A model generated the notes under the pieces. That model worked only from the letters and a program-made list of their open reading frames with translations. It did no database searches and had not been told where the DNA came from. Positions 28,401 through 40,100 of a stretch of 64,000 nucleotides of DNA are shown piece by piece (positions within the stretch are counted from its first letter, which is position 1; each line of letters starts with the position of its first letter). The stretch lies in assembly GCA_032718475.1 (NCBI GenBank), contig JAUCBJ010001674.1, positions 21,368 through 85,367 on the forward strand. Reading direction: 5' to 3'. This DNA comes from Nemertoderma westbladi (taxonomy: Eukaryota; Animalia; Xenacoelomorpha). The translations under genes and the position numbers were made by a program.

Positions 28401-29197
28401 TGCGTTTACTATTGGTTAATCGTTCCTTTGATACTAACCGGCGTTTACTATTGGTTAATCTTCCCTTTGATACTAACCTGCGTTTACTATTGGTTAATCT
28501 TCCCTTTGATACTAACCTGCGTTTACTATTGGTTAATCTTCCCTTTGATACTAACCTGCGTTTACTATTGGTTAATCGTTCATTTGATACTAACCTGCGT
28601 TTACTATTGGTTAATCTTTCCTTTGATACAAACCTGCGTTTACTAATGGTTAATCTTCCCTTTGATACTAACCTGCGTTTACTATTGGTTAATCTTCCCT
28701 TTGATACTAATCTGCGTTTACTATTGGTTAATCTTTCCTTTGATACTAACCTGCGTTTACTATTAGTTAATCTTTCCTTTGATACTAACCTGCGTTTACT
28801 AATGGTTAATCTTCCCTTTGATACTAACCTGCGTTTACTATTAGTTAATCTTTCCTTTGATACTAACCTGCGTTTACTATTGGTTAATCTTCCCTTTGAT
28901 ACTAACCTGCGTTTACTATTGGTTAATCTTCCCTTTGATTCTAACCTGCGTTTACTATTGGTTAATCTTCCCTTTGATACTAACCTGCGTTTACTATTGG
29001 TTAATCTTCCCTTTGATACTAACCTGCGTTTACTATTGGTTAATCTTCCCTTTGATACTAACCTGCGTTTACTATTGGCTATTCTTCCCTTTGATACTAA
29101 CCTGCGTTTACTATTGGTTAATATTCCCTTTGATACTAACCTGCGTTTACTATTGGTTAATCTTCCCTTTGATACTAACCTGCGTTTACTATTAGTT
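25483..29197 (-). repeat. 39-bp intronic minisatellite (about 95 copies); sense-strand unit CCAATAGTAAACGCAG|GTTAGTATCAAAGGGAAGATTAA = end of the preceding DLST exon plus start of its intron
   Basis: Period 39 seen directly. The unit encodes P-I-V-N-A + G followed by the donor GTTAGT, which splices in frame to TG ATT GAC of the 25463 exon to give PIVNAVID, the conserved DLST QPVVNAVID segment. Confidence 0.95.
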
Positions 29198-29234
29198 AAT
29201 AATAATAATAATAATAATACACAATTTCTTATTA

Positions 29235-29264
29235 TGCGCCTTTTTCGCAAGGTTCAAAGGCGCA
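29235..29264 (-). other. L2 3'-end stem-loop (TGCGCCTTT...AAAGGCGCA) next to the (ATT)n tail
   Basis: Perfect 9-bp stem seen in the sequence; L2 elements are known to carry a 3' stem-loop and a microsatellite tail recognised by the RT. Confidence 0.75.
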
Positions 29265-29285
29265 GTAGTAAAAACAGTTAGAAAG

Positions 29286-31484
29286 TCAGTTGAAGGCCCT
29301 ATTATATAAACATGTTTTGAGTTGAGATTTGAATGATTCTAAATTTGTGCAAGTTCTTAAGCTAAGGGGGAGACTGTTGAAAATAACTGGGGCAGCATGT
29401 TTAAATGCACGGGAACCGACCGTCTTTAAGTTGTATCTTGGGACCGATAAAGTCCACAGTTGTTGGGTTCTAGTTGGGTTGTAGTTTGGAGTCAACAGTT
29501 CTAAAATGTAAGACGGGGCGAGACCATTAAGCGCCTTCCACGTCATGAGTGCAATCTTGTACTCGATACGGAAGGTGACCGGCAACCAGTGAAGAGTTCG
29601 TAATGTAGGAGTGATGTGAGACCGAACAGGTTGACCGGAAATAAGGCGGGCGCAGCTATTAAGTGCGAGTTGTAGTCTGTTGAGGGACACAGTTGGTAGA
29701 TTATACAGAAGACTGTTGTTTTGATCGATACGTGATATTATTAGAGCATTGACAAGCTTCTTCAGATTATCAGAAGACAAGTGTTCTTTTATTCGACGTA
29801 TGTTCCTGAGGTGAAAGTTAATAGATGCTGTGAGAGTTTTAATGTGATCATGCATATTTAGCTGACTATCGAAGCGAACTCCAAGGGTTGTTACGGTGGA
29901 TAGGGATTGAATTATCTTGCCGCCTAGAGAGACTGAGAATTCTGATGCAAAGCTCAAGAAATCATTGCCGCGTCCAAGTAGTAGGATGTCTGTCTTGTCA
30001 TCATTCAAGAACAGGTGAAGTTCATCGAGTTGCACTTTGATGGCTTGGATGCAATTTGCTATCGAAGCTTTTAGTGCCAATGAGTCAAGGCAGTCGAAAA
30101 TTATGAAGATCTGGTTGTCGTCAGCGTAGATGTGGTAGCCGACTTCAAGATGATCGCATGCTGTAGCAATGGGCAGACAGTATAGATAAGGTACAGGATT
30201 GCTCCAAGGACTGAGCCCTGGGGAACTCCACTCAAAAGGTTTACAACACGAGAAAGTTTCCCATTTATTGAAACTACGAATGATCTATCTGATAGGTATG
30301 ACTTAAACCACTGATAGACAGTCCCGTCAATGCCGATATTACGAAGTGTGTCTAGTAATATGTTGTAATCGACAAGGTCGAAAGCAGCCGATTGATCTAA
30401 GAGAATGAGAGCTGCGAATTTACCACTATCAATAGTTTCGAGTAAGTCACTTTGTAATCTGCACAATAGTGTTTCAACAGAGTGATATTTACGATAACCG
30501 GAGACAAACTTTGGAATAATATTATTCTTATCTAGGTAGTCAATCAGTTGGAGAGCAGCGTGTTTTTCAATGATCTTAGAAAGGAAAGATAAGTTTGAAA
30601 CTGGTCTGTAGTTTTTCTTGTTTTGATGGTCGAGTTTAGCTTTCTTTAGTAGTGGACGGAGAATCGCTTGTTTACCATTGGATGGGAATTCACCGCGTTC
30701 AAGAGAAGTTGATGTTATTTTATGAACAATCGGAATCCATTGCTCTGGGACCTTTTTTAGGATTTCAGTTGGGATAGGATCGGAGGAACACGTTGTAGGT
30801 TTCATGTTACTAATAATCTGTTTGGTCTCCTGTGCCGTCGGGATAGTGAATTTTTCCCACTTCGAGTTAAAATCACTAGACGGATGATCTGGTACGGTGG
30901 GTGTTGCAGGTGCTGAGTCACGGAATTTATTTACCTTTTCCTCAAAGAAATCGGCAAATTCATTGGCTAACATAGAATCATCCTCTGAATCTGGGAGACG
31001 CGGGGAGTTGGTTGAGAGAGATTTGACAAAGCTGAACAGTTCACTAGTGGAGTTCGTTGACAATTTCGAAGAGTAGAATTCTGAAGATATCTCTCCACAT
31101 CTGGTATAATATTCTTTGCAACTATTTCTGTATACAGTTCGGTTCTCGCTGGTGCGATGTTTCCTGAAACGCCGCTCAAGTTTGCGCTTTTTATTCCGGA
31201 GTAGTTTCAACTCAGCAGTAAACCAAGGGGTAGAGGGTCTAGGTTTGAAAACGGTAGATTTTTCAGGAGAAATAATAGAGGCGATATTAGTTAGATGATC
31301 ATTGTATTCACTACAAAGTTCAGTGACAGTTAAACTGGGATCAAATGTAACATCCAGCATATCACGTAGAAGATCTAAGTTACATTTCTTCCAGGATCGA
31401 TGCAACACTTTCGTTGACGGCTTTGTAGTATGGGACACCGGGCGCCGTAGGATATTCAAAGTGAAAGAGACAGGGTAATGGTCT
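29286..31484 (-). pseudogene. LINE ORF2, 3' part (end of endonuclease, RT, C-terminal domain) with one frameshift near 30177
   Basis: NYRPVSNLSFLSKIIEK, LLDQSAAFDLVD and GVPQGSVLG motifs. After the frameshift the alternative frame reads LPIATACDHLEVGYHIYADDNQIF (YADD) and continues into the 29286..30080 ORF. Confidence 0.92.
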
Positions 31485-32676
31485 TGTTCGCGCTTTCAGA
31501 CCTTTGGCAGTTTAACCCGCCAAATTAGAATGTCTTCTAGATAATAAATCGCTTTTTAGCCTATGACAAGTATTTGATTCACTACACTAGTCGAAACCAA
31601 TCTGTGCGCGATCATTCACCCGCTGGATATTCCCGGGAGATTGGGTTCGACGGTTTAATTTTATTGCTATGTAAGCCTAATGTATTATTCGACTGACAGT
31701 ATTATATAATCTCTGACAATATTATTCACCTTCGGTAATATTAACAGTTCCTTTAGGACGTGGCGCTTTATCTATATAAACAGAGTTATGACTTAAACTA
31801 CTCACAACGATATGGCTTAATTATAATTCACATATATGGCGCATTCTTTAGGAATGCTTCTTTAACAGACTCACTCATACACAATGCTGCACAATACTGC
31901 ACACTAATCTGCCGATCTTCACTGATTTTAGTCACATATAAAAGGAACACAGACTGACTCATGTAGGGTCTATCAAATAACATTAGATTCACTTCAAACC
32001 ACTTTAACATAAGTCACAATCGTTTATCTGTAACCTTTCTCTCTTACCTTCGGTATATCAAGAATATTGGGTGTCGGGGTTATTTCTCGTTATTCCAATA
32101 TAATAATTCATCAACAAATATAATGAATAACCGACAACAAATAGCAGTATGCAGTATTCACAAAGCCAGTTATTAAAGGCCGTGACTACGGTGTGTCAAA
32201 TGCGAGTTAAATGCGAGGTGCAGTTAAAGGATATATGTCCTTATAATTAAACCTACTAGTGTTGCGCTAAAAAGCAGAAAACATAAAACACTAAAAAGCC
32301 GTTCTTTCGTGGCTTTGAAAAACTCGTGACTACTGCTCTATACGAGGATACCAACTCCCTTATTCCACGAAGCTCCCGTTCAACACAGAGAAAGAGCAGT
32401 GAGATAGGAAATTTTCAGTTCAGCAGCTCTGTGATAGGTCAAAATCAAGGCTAACTCAAATTCTATTGGGAGATACAAAAACAAGGCTATGACGCAACCT
32501 CCCTAGGCTTGTTGGCCGATTAAACAGAGCCCAGATGCCTGCGTACAGCAAATCAGCCAATAAGCTGGTAACTTGCACTATTTTTAACTATAGATCACTT
32601 TGAGAGTATTCTTAGCGACTGGGGGGGAACTGGCCAACAAGGCAAACGAATCAGTTATCCCACAAAAGCTTTTACA
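31485..32676 (-). repeat. 3' LTR (1192 bp)
   Basis: TGTTCGCG...TTTTACA on the plus strand; direct repeat of 44087-45278. I saw a single mismatch by eye (31651 C vs 44253 T). Confidence 0.96.
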
Positions 32677-32685
32677 CCGCTCCCA
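32677..32685 (-). promoter_or_regulatory. Putative polypurine tract (TGGGAGCGG) abutting the 3' LTR
   Basis: Short G-rich tract directly upstream of the 3' LTR on the element strand. Confidence 0.55.
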
Positions 32686-34108
32686 GAAAATGGGATTTAA
32701 GTCTATAAAATATAACAAATCACAGTTTCTAAAATATAAAAATACTCTAAACAGTTAGTCTTTCTTGCGCGGACGGCGTTTACGCAGTTTCTTGAGGCTA
32801 GCAAGAGTCCTTTTCTCTTTGGGGGGAAGCCACTTTACTAGGAGGGCCATAACTCCTGGGTGAAGGGTGCAATATGATTGCATCAGAAGGTGTAGGATTA
32901 TGGTCGAGGTATCTGCCGTTTCGATATGCTTCTCCTCGAGCTGATTTTCCTCCGCTCGTAGCTGGATACGTTCATCCAAAAACTCTCGCAGAGAATAGGA
33001 TCGTCCAAGTTCGATAACTTCTTAGAGATTCTGGATTTCCCAATCGAATTGAGATAAGGCCAATTCGTTTATCGATTGGACTTACTGTTATAACTTACGT
33101 TTATATGAACAAACGCAGGTTTCTTTTTTGATCTTTATAGAATAGCGTTTAACTCGTTTCGTACAACGCTCTCCTTCACCTTGATGAGGGGTTGTATCGC
33201 GTTAAACGGGAACGACCATACGGTTGGATAGTGATATTAGGTGTCCGCGTCACAATCCGGCTAGGTAAGATGGGCGGCTAGCTAGAAATCACTGTCGGAG
33301 TGTTACCGATTAATTGTTAGGGTAGCACTAGATCTTTGAACAGTGAATACAGTCCGCGAGGTTCCGCGACACCACCAGGATCGCAGGTCTGAGGTCCAAC
33401 TAAGGAATGAGGAGGTTTGACCGAGTATTCCGGGACTCTGATCGTAGGTTTACTCCAGGATCGTTCGAGCCGAGTGAGCATAGGTGATACGTCAACAAGT
33501 TTCGGTTTACGTGGATGTTTATGTCTTTCCGTTTATTAGTTGAGTCTAGGGCATTTATCGTAATAATACCAAAGACGCACGTCTGGTAGGGTAAACGCGG
33601 GTGATATTTATTTGTTGTTACAATGCTTCTATCAAGAATTCCAAATATACGTTGGAGTTACCGCGTCCATTTGTTTCTTTAGTGTCTTTTCTTTCGAGTC
33701 AATTTCGAATATAATTTTCGCATTCGAATTTCAGTTTATGGTTCCGACTCCGCTGGGCAGGATATATAGTCGACATAGTCTGTATTGTGTAAATCGATAG
33801 GATGACCAGTAGTTAAGAAGCCCATATACGTACCATTACGCCGCGTATATCGAGCAGCGAATTTTCTATAGTCCAACTCGCGCGAGCTGCTCTTGGGACA
33901 TTGGCGGTTCGATATAACGACCATCGTCCTCCGCAGCAGTTGGACTAACGTCGCCGCGTATTAAGCTATCAACAAACGCTTGTAAAAGTAGAGTATATCG
34001 CTCCCCGATACCAAGACCATCTTCTATCAACTCCGTCATATCTGCTATATATGAGTTTATCCATATTATAATGAGTCCACATTTAGGCGAGCGGGCGTCG
34101 CTGCCTAC

Positions 34109-35448
34109 TAGTGTTGAGAACTGAATCAATTTTGACTAATTTCAGTTACAGTTACAGTTTCAGTATTCAAAGTTTTGCATTTCAGTTACAGTTTCAGTAT
34201 TCAAAGTTTTGCATTTCAGTTACAGTTACAGTTTCAGTATTACAATGTGTAACATTTCAGTTACAGTTACAGTTTCAGTATTACAAAATTGAGCATTTCA
34301 GTTTCAGTTACAGTTTCAGTTATAGATTCAATATATATGATCTCACGTAGTAAGCAGTCATCTGAAACTAAAAATGAGGCACTTTAATATATTACTGTTA
34401 TATACGCTAATAATAATGTTCATTACGAAACGTCCTCTTTGTAGAGCTAATAGGTAGTTGTTGTAGGAAAGTTGGACCCACTCTATGGTAATATTTTGTA
34501 ACTAATATACTGATAGTATGTAATGAAAGTGGCACGTCACAAGACCACACTAAAGGCACCCACATTTTACTGTACATCTTGTTTCAGTGCTTGTACACTT
34601 ATTGTTATCATTTATTGTTTTGGTTATAAAGCCATGCTTCTGAATCCTGCTCATTTTCCTTAATTCGTAATTTGTTTTAGTAATCATATATTTATTGTTT
34701 TGGTTAGACCCACCTCGATAAGCTGCTCCTTTCACTTTTAAGTTTAATTTTGTAATTTATAATGGTAAACTTGATCAAAATTTAATTTCCAGTGTGCCTC
34801 TAGTGTGATTGTGATATTAATAGTACCGGGTAACATTAATAATTCATAATGTAAAATATATATCCGTTATTATCCCTCTACCATTAGGCCTAACTTTTCT
34901 TTGTTTATCTAAAACATTTACATTTAATATGAAGCAAAAGTGGTGATAAGGCTGATAATAGTCTAATAGTTGAGTCCGATGAACATAGACTATATGCTAG
35001 ATCTTCGTTCACTACTTGACTCTCCAAATAAATCACATTTGAGCTAAGTGGGCAATGGGTCTTTGATTTTATATTGTGTAATATTATGGTTTTGTTCAGA
35101 AGTGGGAAAAACGAGATTGTTTTTTCTTTATAACAATGTTTTAAAAATGATACCTATGGTAACCACTGTTATTCATTTATTAAACTATACTCTATACGTT
35201 ATTACAATGCTGTTTTAAATGCTTATTCATGTTAATTGTGTGATTGAGAACTGAATCGGATTTTGTTAATTTCAGTTTCAGTTTCAGTTACAGTATTCAA
35301 AATTCGTAATTACAGTTTCAGTTACAGTTACAGTATTCAAAGTTCGCAATTACAGTTACAGTTATAGTTACAGTATCAAAAAAATCATCAAAACCATTCA
35401 GTTACAGTTGCAGTTACAGTATAATTACAGTTACAGTTCTCAACACTA
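34109..35448. mobile_element. hAT-type non-autonomous DNA transposon (1340 bp) inside the LTR element; 8-bp TSD CTGCCTAC
   Basis: TIR TAGTGTTGAGAACTG...CAGTTCTCAACACTA; TSD at 34101-34108 and 35449-35456; subterminal CAGTTA/CAGTTT hexamer arrays at both ends. Confidence 0.92.
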
Positions 35449-37173
35449 CTGCCTACCCCAATCAACCCCCGGACAGTACGAGATCCTCAGCGCCGATGTG
35501 TCGTCGCCGCTGTACTTTCGCCAACGACGTAGCCGCACAACGACAACGACAACCGGCACAAGTCACTCAACTGTCCGTCCCAAAGGCTTAGATGTACTTC
35601 AGGTTTTCCTTGGAGAGTTAGGTTACTTTACGATTGCGACTGGCTACTGTAAACACACCTTAGTAGTAACATTCGCCTATAAACTCACAAGTACCACACA
35701 CACAACTTGTCACAAATTACACACACTCGGGTCACTTGTCCGTTAGTCAATGCCTTCCAGAATGTCACTGTATTATTATGTATCCTTGGATACTATCAGT
35801 GCACTATTTATTCCCTATGCTATTCGATGGGACAAGCTTTCTATTGTTCTTTTAACTCAATTCTAATTCTAGCGTGGTTGTTGCTATGGTGACATTATGT
35901 AAAGCTAGCGGTAGAATTAGGGTGATTCCAATGCATACAGATCTGGGATGTTATTTAATAGGAATTCTTTAATAGTCAATGTCCTGTTTATACATGACTT
36001 TACGAATTTTATCGGCTATTAACTATGTTTGGGAGACTTTCGTACACGCATACGCATAATAATATAAATCTCTGCTCCCTTGATCTATTAATTAATGGAA
36101 TTTTGGGAATGTTATAAATTGCGTAAAAATGGCAATTTATTAAATTCATTAAAAGGCATGAATTTAAATTTATTCCCTGAAATTTTATTATTTGATAATT
36201 AAATGGACATATTTTGATTCTAGAACATGTCTAGGGACACAAGATCCTTAATTCTATGACAATTGTCTTTTTTAAGAATATCGGTAAATGCTACGATATC
36301 TTAATTGACTAGAATTGTTGAAGGATCTGAATTTTACAGATTTTGATTTATTAGATTTGCAAATATTAAATAATTAATATTTGAGATGGGCACCAATTTA
36401 TTCCAGAACTTGTCTGGGGACGTTAACCACTGATTCTAGAATTTGTCTTTCAAGTATATCGGTGGGTGCCGCGATATCTTAATCGACTAGAATTACAGAT
36501 GGTCAAAGGGTTTAACAGATTTATTTTGCGTTATACGCTACTGTTAAAGGGACATCACGCTACTATATGTATTATTTAATATACGGTATGAGAGCAATAT
36601 CGCACGAAGCAATGTCAGTGTGAAGAGGCAAGTCGTTTCCAAGGTCTACCCAGAGCTTGGTTTAGCCGAGACACGAGGATCTGAACTTTGCATTCCTAAT
36701 ACTCTGCCTACCAATAATACTTAAATATAGTAGTGGCTTTATTGTACTTTAATAAGTACGGACATTTCATCTTACTGTAGTTACGTATTTATAATATAAT
36801 ACGGACAGTAAGGAAAGAGAAAAATAATTATTTCTCGCCGTTGCACTAAATATAATATAAGTAATTACGTACGTAATAAACACGAATATATATTGCACTA
36901 ATCTACTAAATAATCGCTAAATTAACATTCTACTAAATTAAATAAAACGATTATAATAAAATTACATAGTAATACATACATAAATATAAAAATAATAAAA
37001 TAATATAAAATAATAGAGTCACACACCCACTCCATATGTTATTACGTTATGGAGTCCCTAGATGTTTGAAGGATTAGGGAGGTGGTCGTGGGATGAGAAT
37101 CTTGCCTTCCACAGTTTCCGGAGAGTCCTCCATTCCCTTCCGGTAAACACAAACGACCGACTGGGTGATTGAG

Positions 37174-40100
37174 TCACTGCATCCTGAATACAATTCCAGG
37201 TTTCCTCTTCGTCCTGGAATAGTGACGATAGAAACATTGCTCAAAGTATATGACGGCGTCACAAAGCCGATTCCAGGAGCTATAGTGGTCCGTCGCTCTC
37301 TGCAGGAGAGGTGAGAGTCCCTGCGAGACGTCTGATGTTCCAGAGCTCCAATCGCTCTCTCTGATCTTCATGAAGGATCCACTCGCGGTGGGGAGGTCCA
37401 GATCCACGGCGTCGTCCCTGGCAATATGTACTACCGACAGATCTATCCCGGGTTCAAATAACTCCGCTCCACCCGTCCGGGTTTTAGGTTTAACTTTCTC
37501 CGCTCCCTTGGCTGGTCTAATCTCAGTCGGAGTAAGATGGGGAGGCCATTCATCCTCCTTACTCAGGAAGTCGGGTTCACCTAACCGGTCTGTAGTATCT
37601 GTCAGTTCTTGAGGAGTTGCTCCTCTGGAAGCGATGTCAGTTGTATTCATCGTCTTGGGGCAATATCTCCATTGATCTACATTGGAGTTAAGATTGTCAT
37701 TATCTGAGGAGTGTGGTGTTCCCTCAGTTGGGTCGTCTCCCTCACTATTATCATCTTCCCATTCACTTACCTGGCAGACGCGATCTTGAAGCAGTCTTTC
37801 CCTGAGCGTTCTACGGGAAGGTCCAGTAAGGTACCAACCTACTCTAGTTCTTACCGCATAGGTCTGTAGTGGCTGCGGTTGAGCAGGCCGTTTCTCTAAT
37901 GTCTCCAGCGCCTCATGCGCGTTTTGGCCGATGAGTATTTGCACTCCAGGATAATCAGTCTGGAATCGAGGTATGTTAAGATGTTGGATGCTCTCATCCT
38001 CGTCCCAATTATAAAGGTCTGCTTGTGTAGTAGCGAAGTTCTTTATAGCCACCATTTTCACTGACCTGATGCTATGTTCTCCTAGTTCGTCCTGGGGGGT
38101 GGACAACTCACCTATATAATAGTCGGCAGCTACAGTAGAATTCCAAACCTGCATGATCCCTGACATGTTTAGCTTGGTTCGGAACTTGGGTTGTCCAGCA
38201 AAGATGACTTCGGCTAGTTCTTTATCGATGAATGTTCCTGTGCTACCGGAGTCCAGGAGGGCGTTCACTATATAGCTCTTCTGAGGTCCGTGGACCCGTA
38301 ACTGGACTACAGGAAATTCTCGGATTCCTATATTGGAAGTTGGCGCTTTCCAAGATGGTTGTTGATCGGAAGTAGTTAAGGTAAGGTCGCTGTCTGTGTC
38401 TTTCTCATACACAAATGCTCGATACACTGCGGTGGTGTTTATTAGGTAACAGGATTCGTTTTGGTCGGAGAACTCGTCCGTATAGAATCCTTCCATCTCA
38501 GATTGATCAGTGTCGTTCACATCACTGAATTGGACATGTAGTTCGGACTCACTTACCTGACTCGGGCTGTTTCGTTCGAATTCCGTGTGCAACAAGATAT
38601 GATGTTTTGCGCCGCACTTTGCACACCTTGCGTCGGAGTTACAGGTTCGCCGTTGGTGTCCTCGTCTGAGGCAATTATAACACAACCGCTTATCCCACAT
38701 GACTTCACGTCTATCCTTTAGTGATTTCCTCAGGAATTTATCACACGCATTTAAACGGTGGGGCCCGTCGCACAGCACACATTTGGGCTTGATGTTACTT
38801 ACTTTAACATGTGCTGTGTGGTGCACACTTGTTCTTTCCTCGGGCTTTCTCACCTGAATTCTTTTAGGAGACGTAGGAGGGGTTTTTTGTACCGGTTCCC
38901 TTCTGTCATTGGGTCGAGACTTGGATTTACTTACCTGATCTTTAGGCATTTTATTGACATAAGATCTGTCAGTGTCTTTCCCGCTGTCCTCTCCTTGAGA
39001 AGTTTGGCTTTCACCGTCGTCGGTATAACATACTGGTGTTACCCTTCTCCTAGAAACGGGTTTCTCACTTACCTTACTTTCCGCTGTCTTCTCTCTGGAC
39101 TGCTTTATGAGCTGTAATTTCACCTCGCTATCCAGGAATGACATGAGATCAGCCATGGTAGGGTCTCGTTGTTGTTGTTCCATCATATATAACACCTTCT
39201 TGTCCCAGCGTGTACCTACTCCACCCTTGGGCAAAGTAGATGCTAAGGCTCCTACAACCATAGAATTCTGGTATTCATGAGACTTACCTAACCAATCTAG
39301 TTGTCTACAGATCTCCTGAATCTCATCGGAAAACTCTATAATCCCGCTGCTAAGAAACTTTCGGGGCGCCATTAATTTCGCATATAAATACCTAGCTATG
39401 TTAGTCCTATTACCATACCTGATGTTTAGTGTATCCCAAACTTGTCTTAATCCGTCTGGATGTCCAATAAACTTTAACGCCATTAACTTGGGAGATCCTT
39501 CCAAGCACTCGATGAGGTATCTAAGTTTTTCTCCATTAGATAGTACAGAGTTCTGTATGTTATCTTTGTAATATTCATTAAAAGGTAACCATTTCATCTC
39601 ATCTCCATTGAACTTGACGATCTCTCCAACCTTTACCGCTTGCCGGGCTTCGGTTCTAGCCATTTGACGCGTAAAACTTTCTTGGGCCATCGTGCTATTT
39701 AATATCGAGTTATCGGTATATAAATTTCTAGGATTATGATCCGGTCTATAGGGAATATCACTATCAACAGGTCTATAATTACCCTTAATAGGGTTCACTA
39801 TAGGAGTTTCTACTTCGCTAGCAGTATAGATGCGTGTAGGCTCCACACCTTGCGCATGAGATACTTCAGACCTAACGGGTTGACACATTGTTACAGAGGG
39901 TGGTGGTATACCTCTTTGAGTATTTACTAATTTATCGCGCTCTAGCGCGATACTTTGCTGCACTTCTTGCAACTCTAGTCTACTTTCCCTTACTGTGCCC
40001 TTGAATTGCTGGACAGTCTCCTGCATCTGCCCGAGCAGGATATCCATCCCCCGCCGTCTCTCGTCCACCCATTCGACCGCCGAAGCGGGAGTCGCCAACG

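Noticed and set aside
25195-29281. Highly basic ([13 protein letters not shown])n ORF in frame with a DLST exon, and LRR-looking ([13 protein letters not shown])n ORFs on the plus strand
   Set aside because: A 39-bp unit is 13 codons, so open frames are expected. The exon has a strong acceptor of its own, and the unit is explained as an exon/donor duplication read in a different frame.
31760-32010. Identical short ORFs at 31760/44362 and 31828/44430
   Set aside because: They lie inside the two LTRs; their duplication reflects LTR identity and they have no recognisable protein features.
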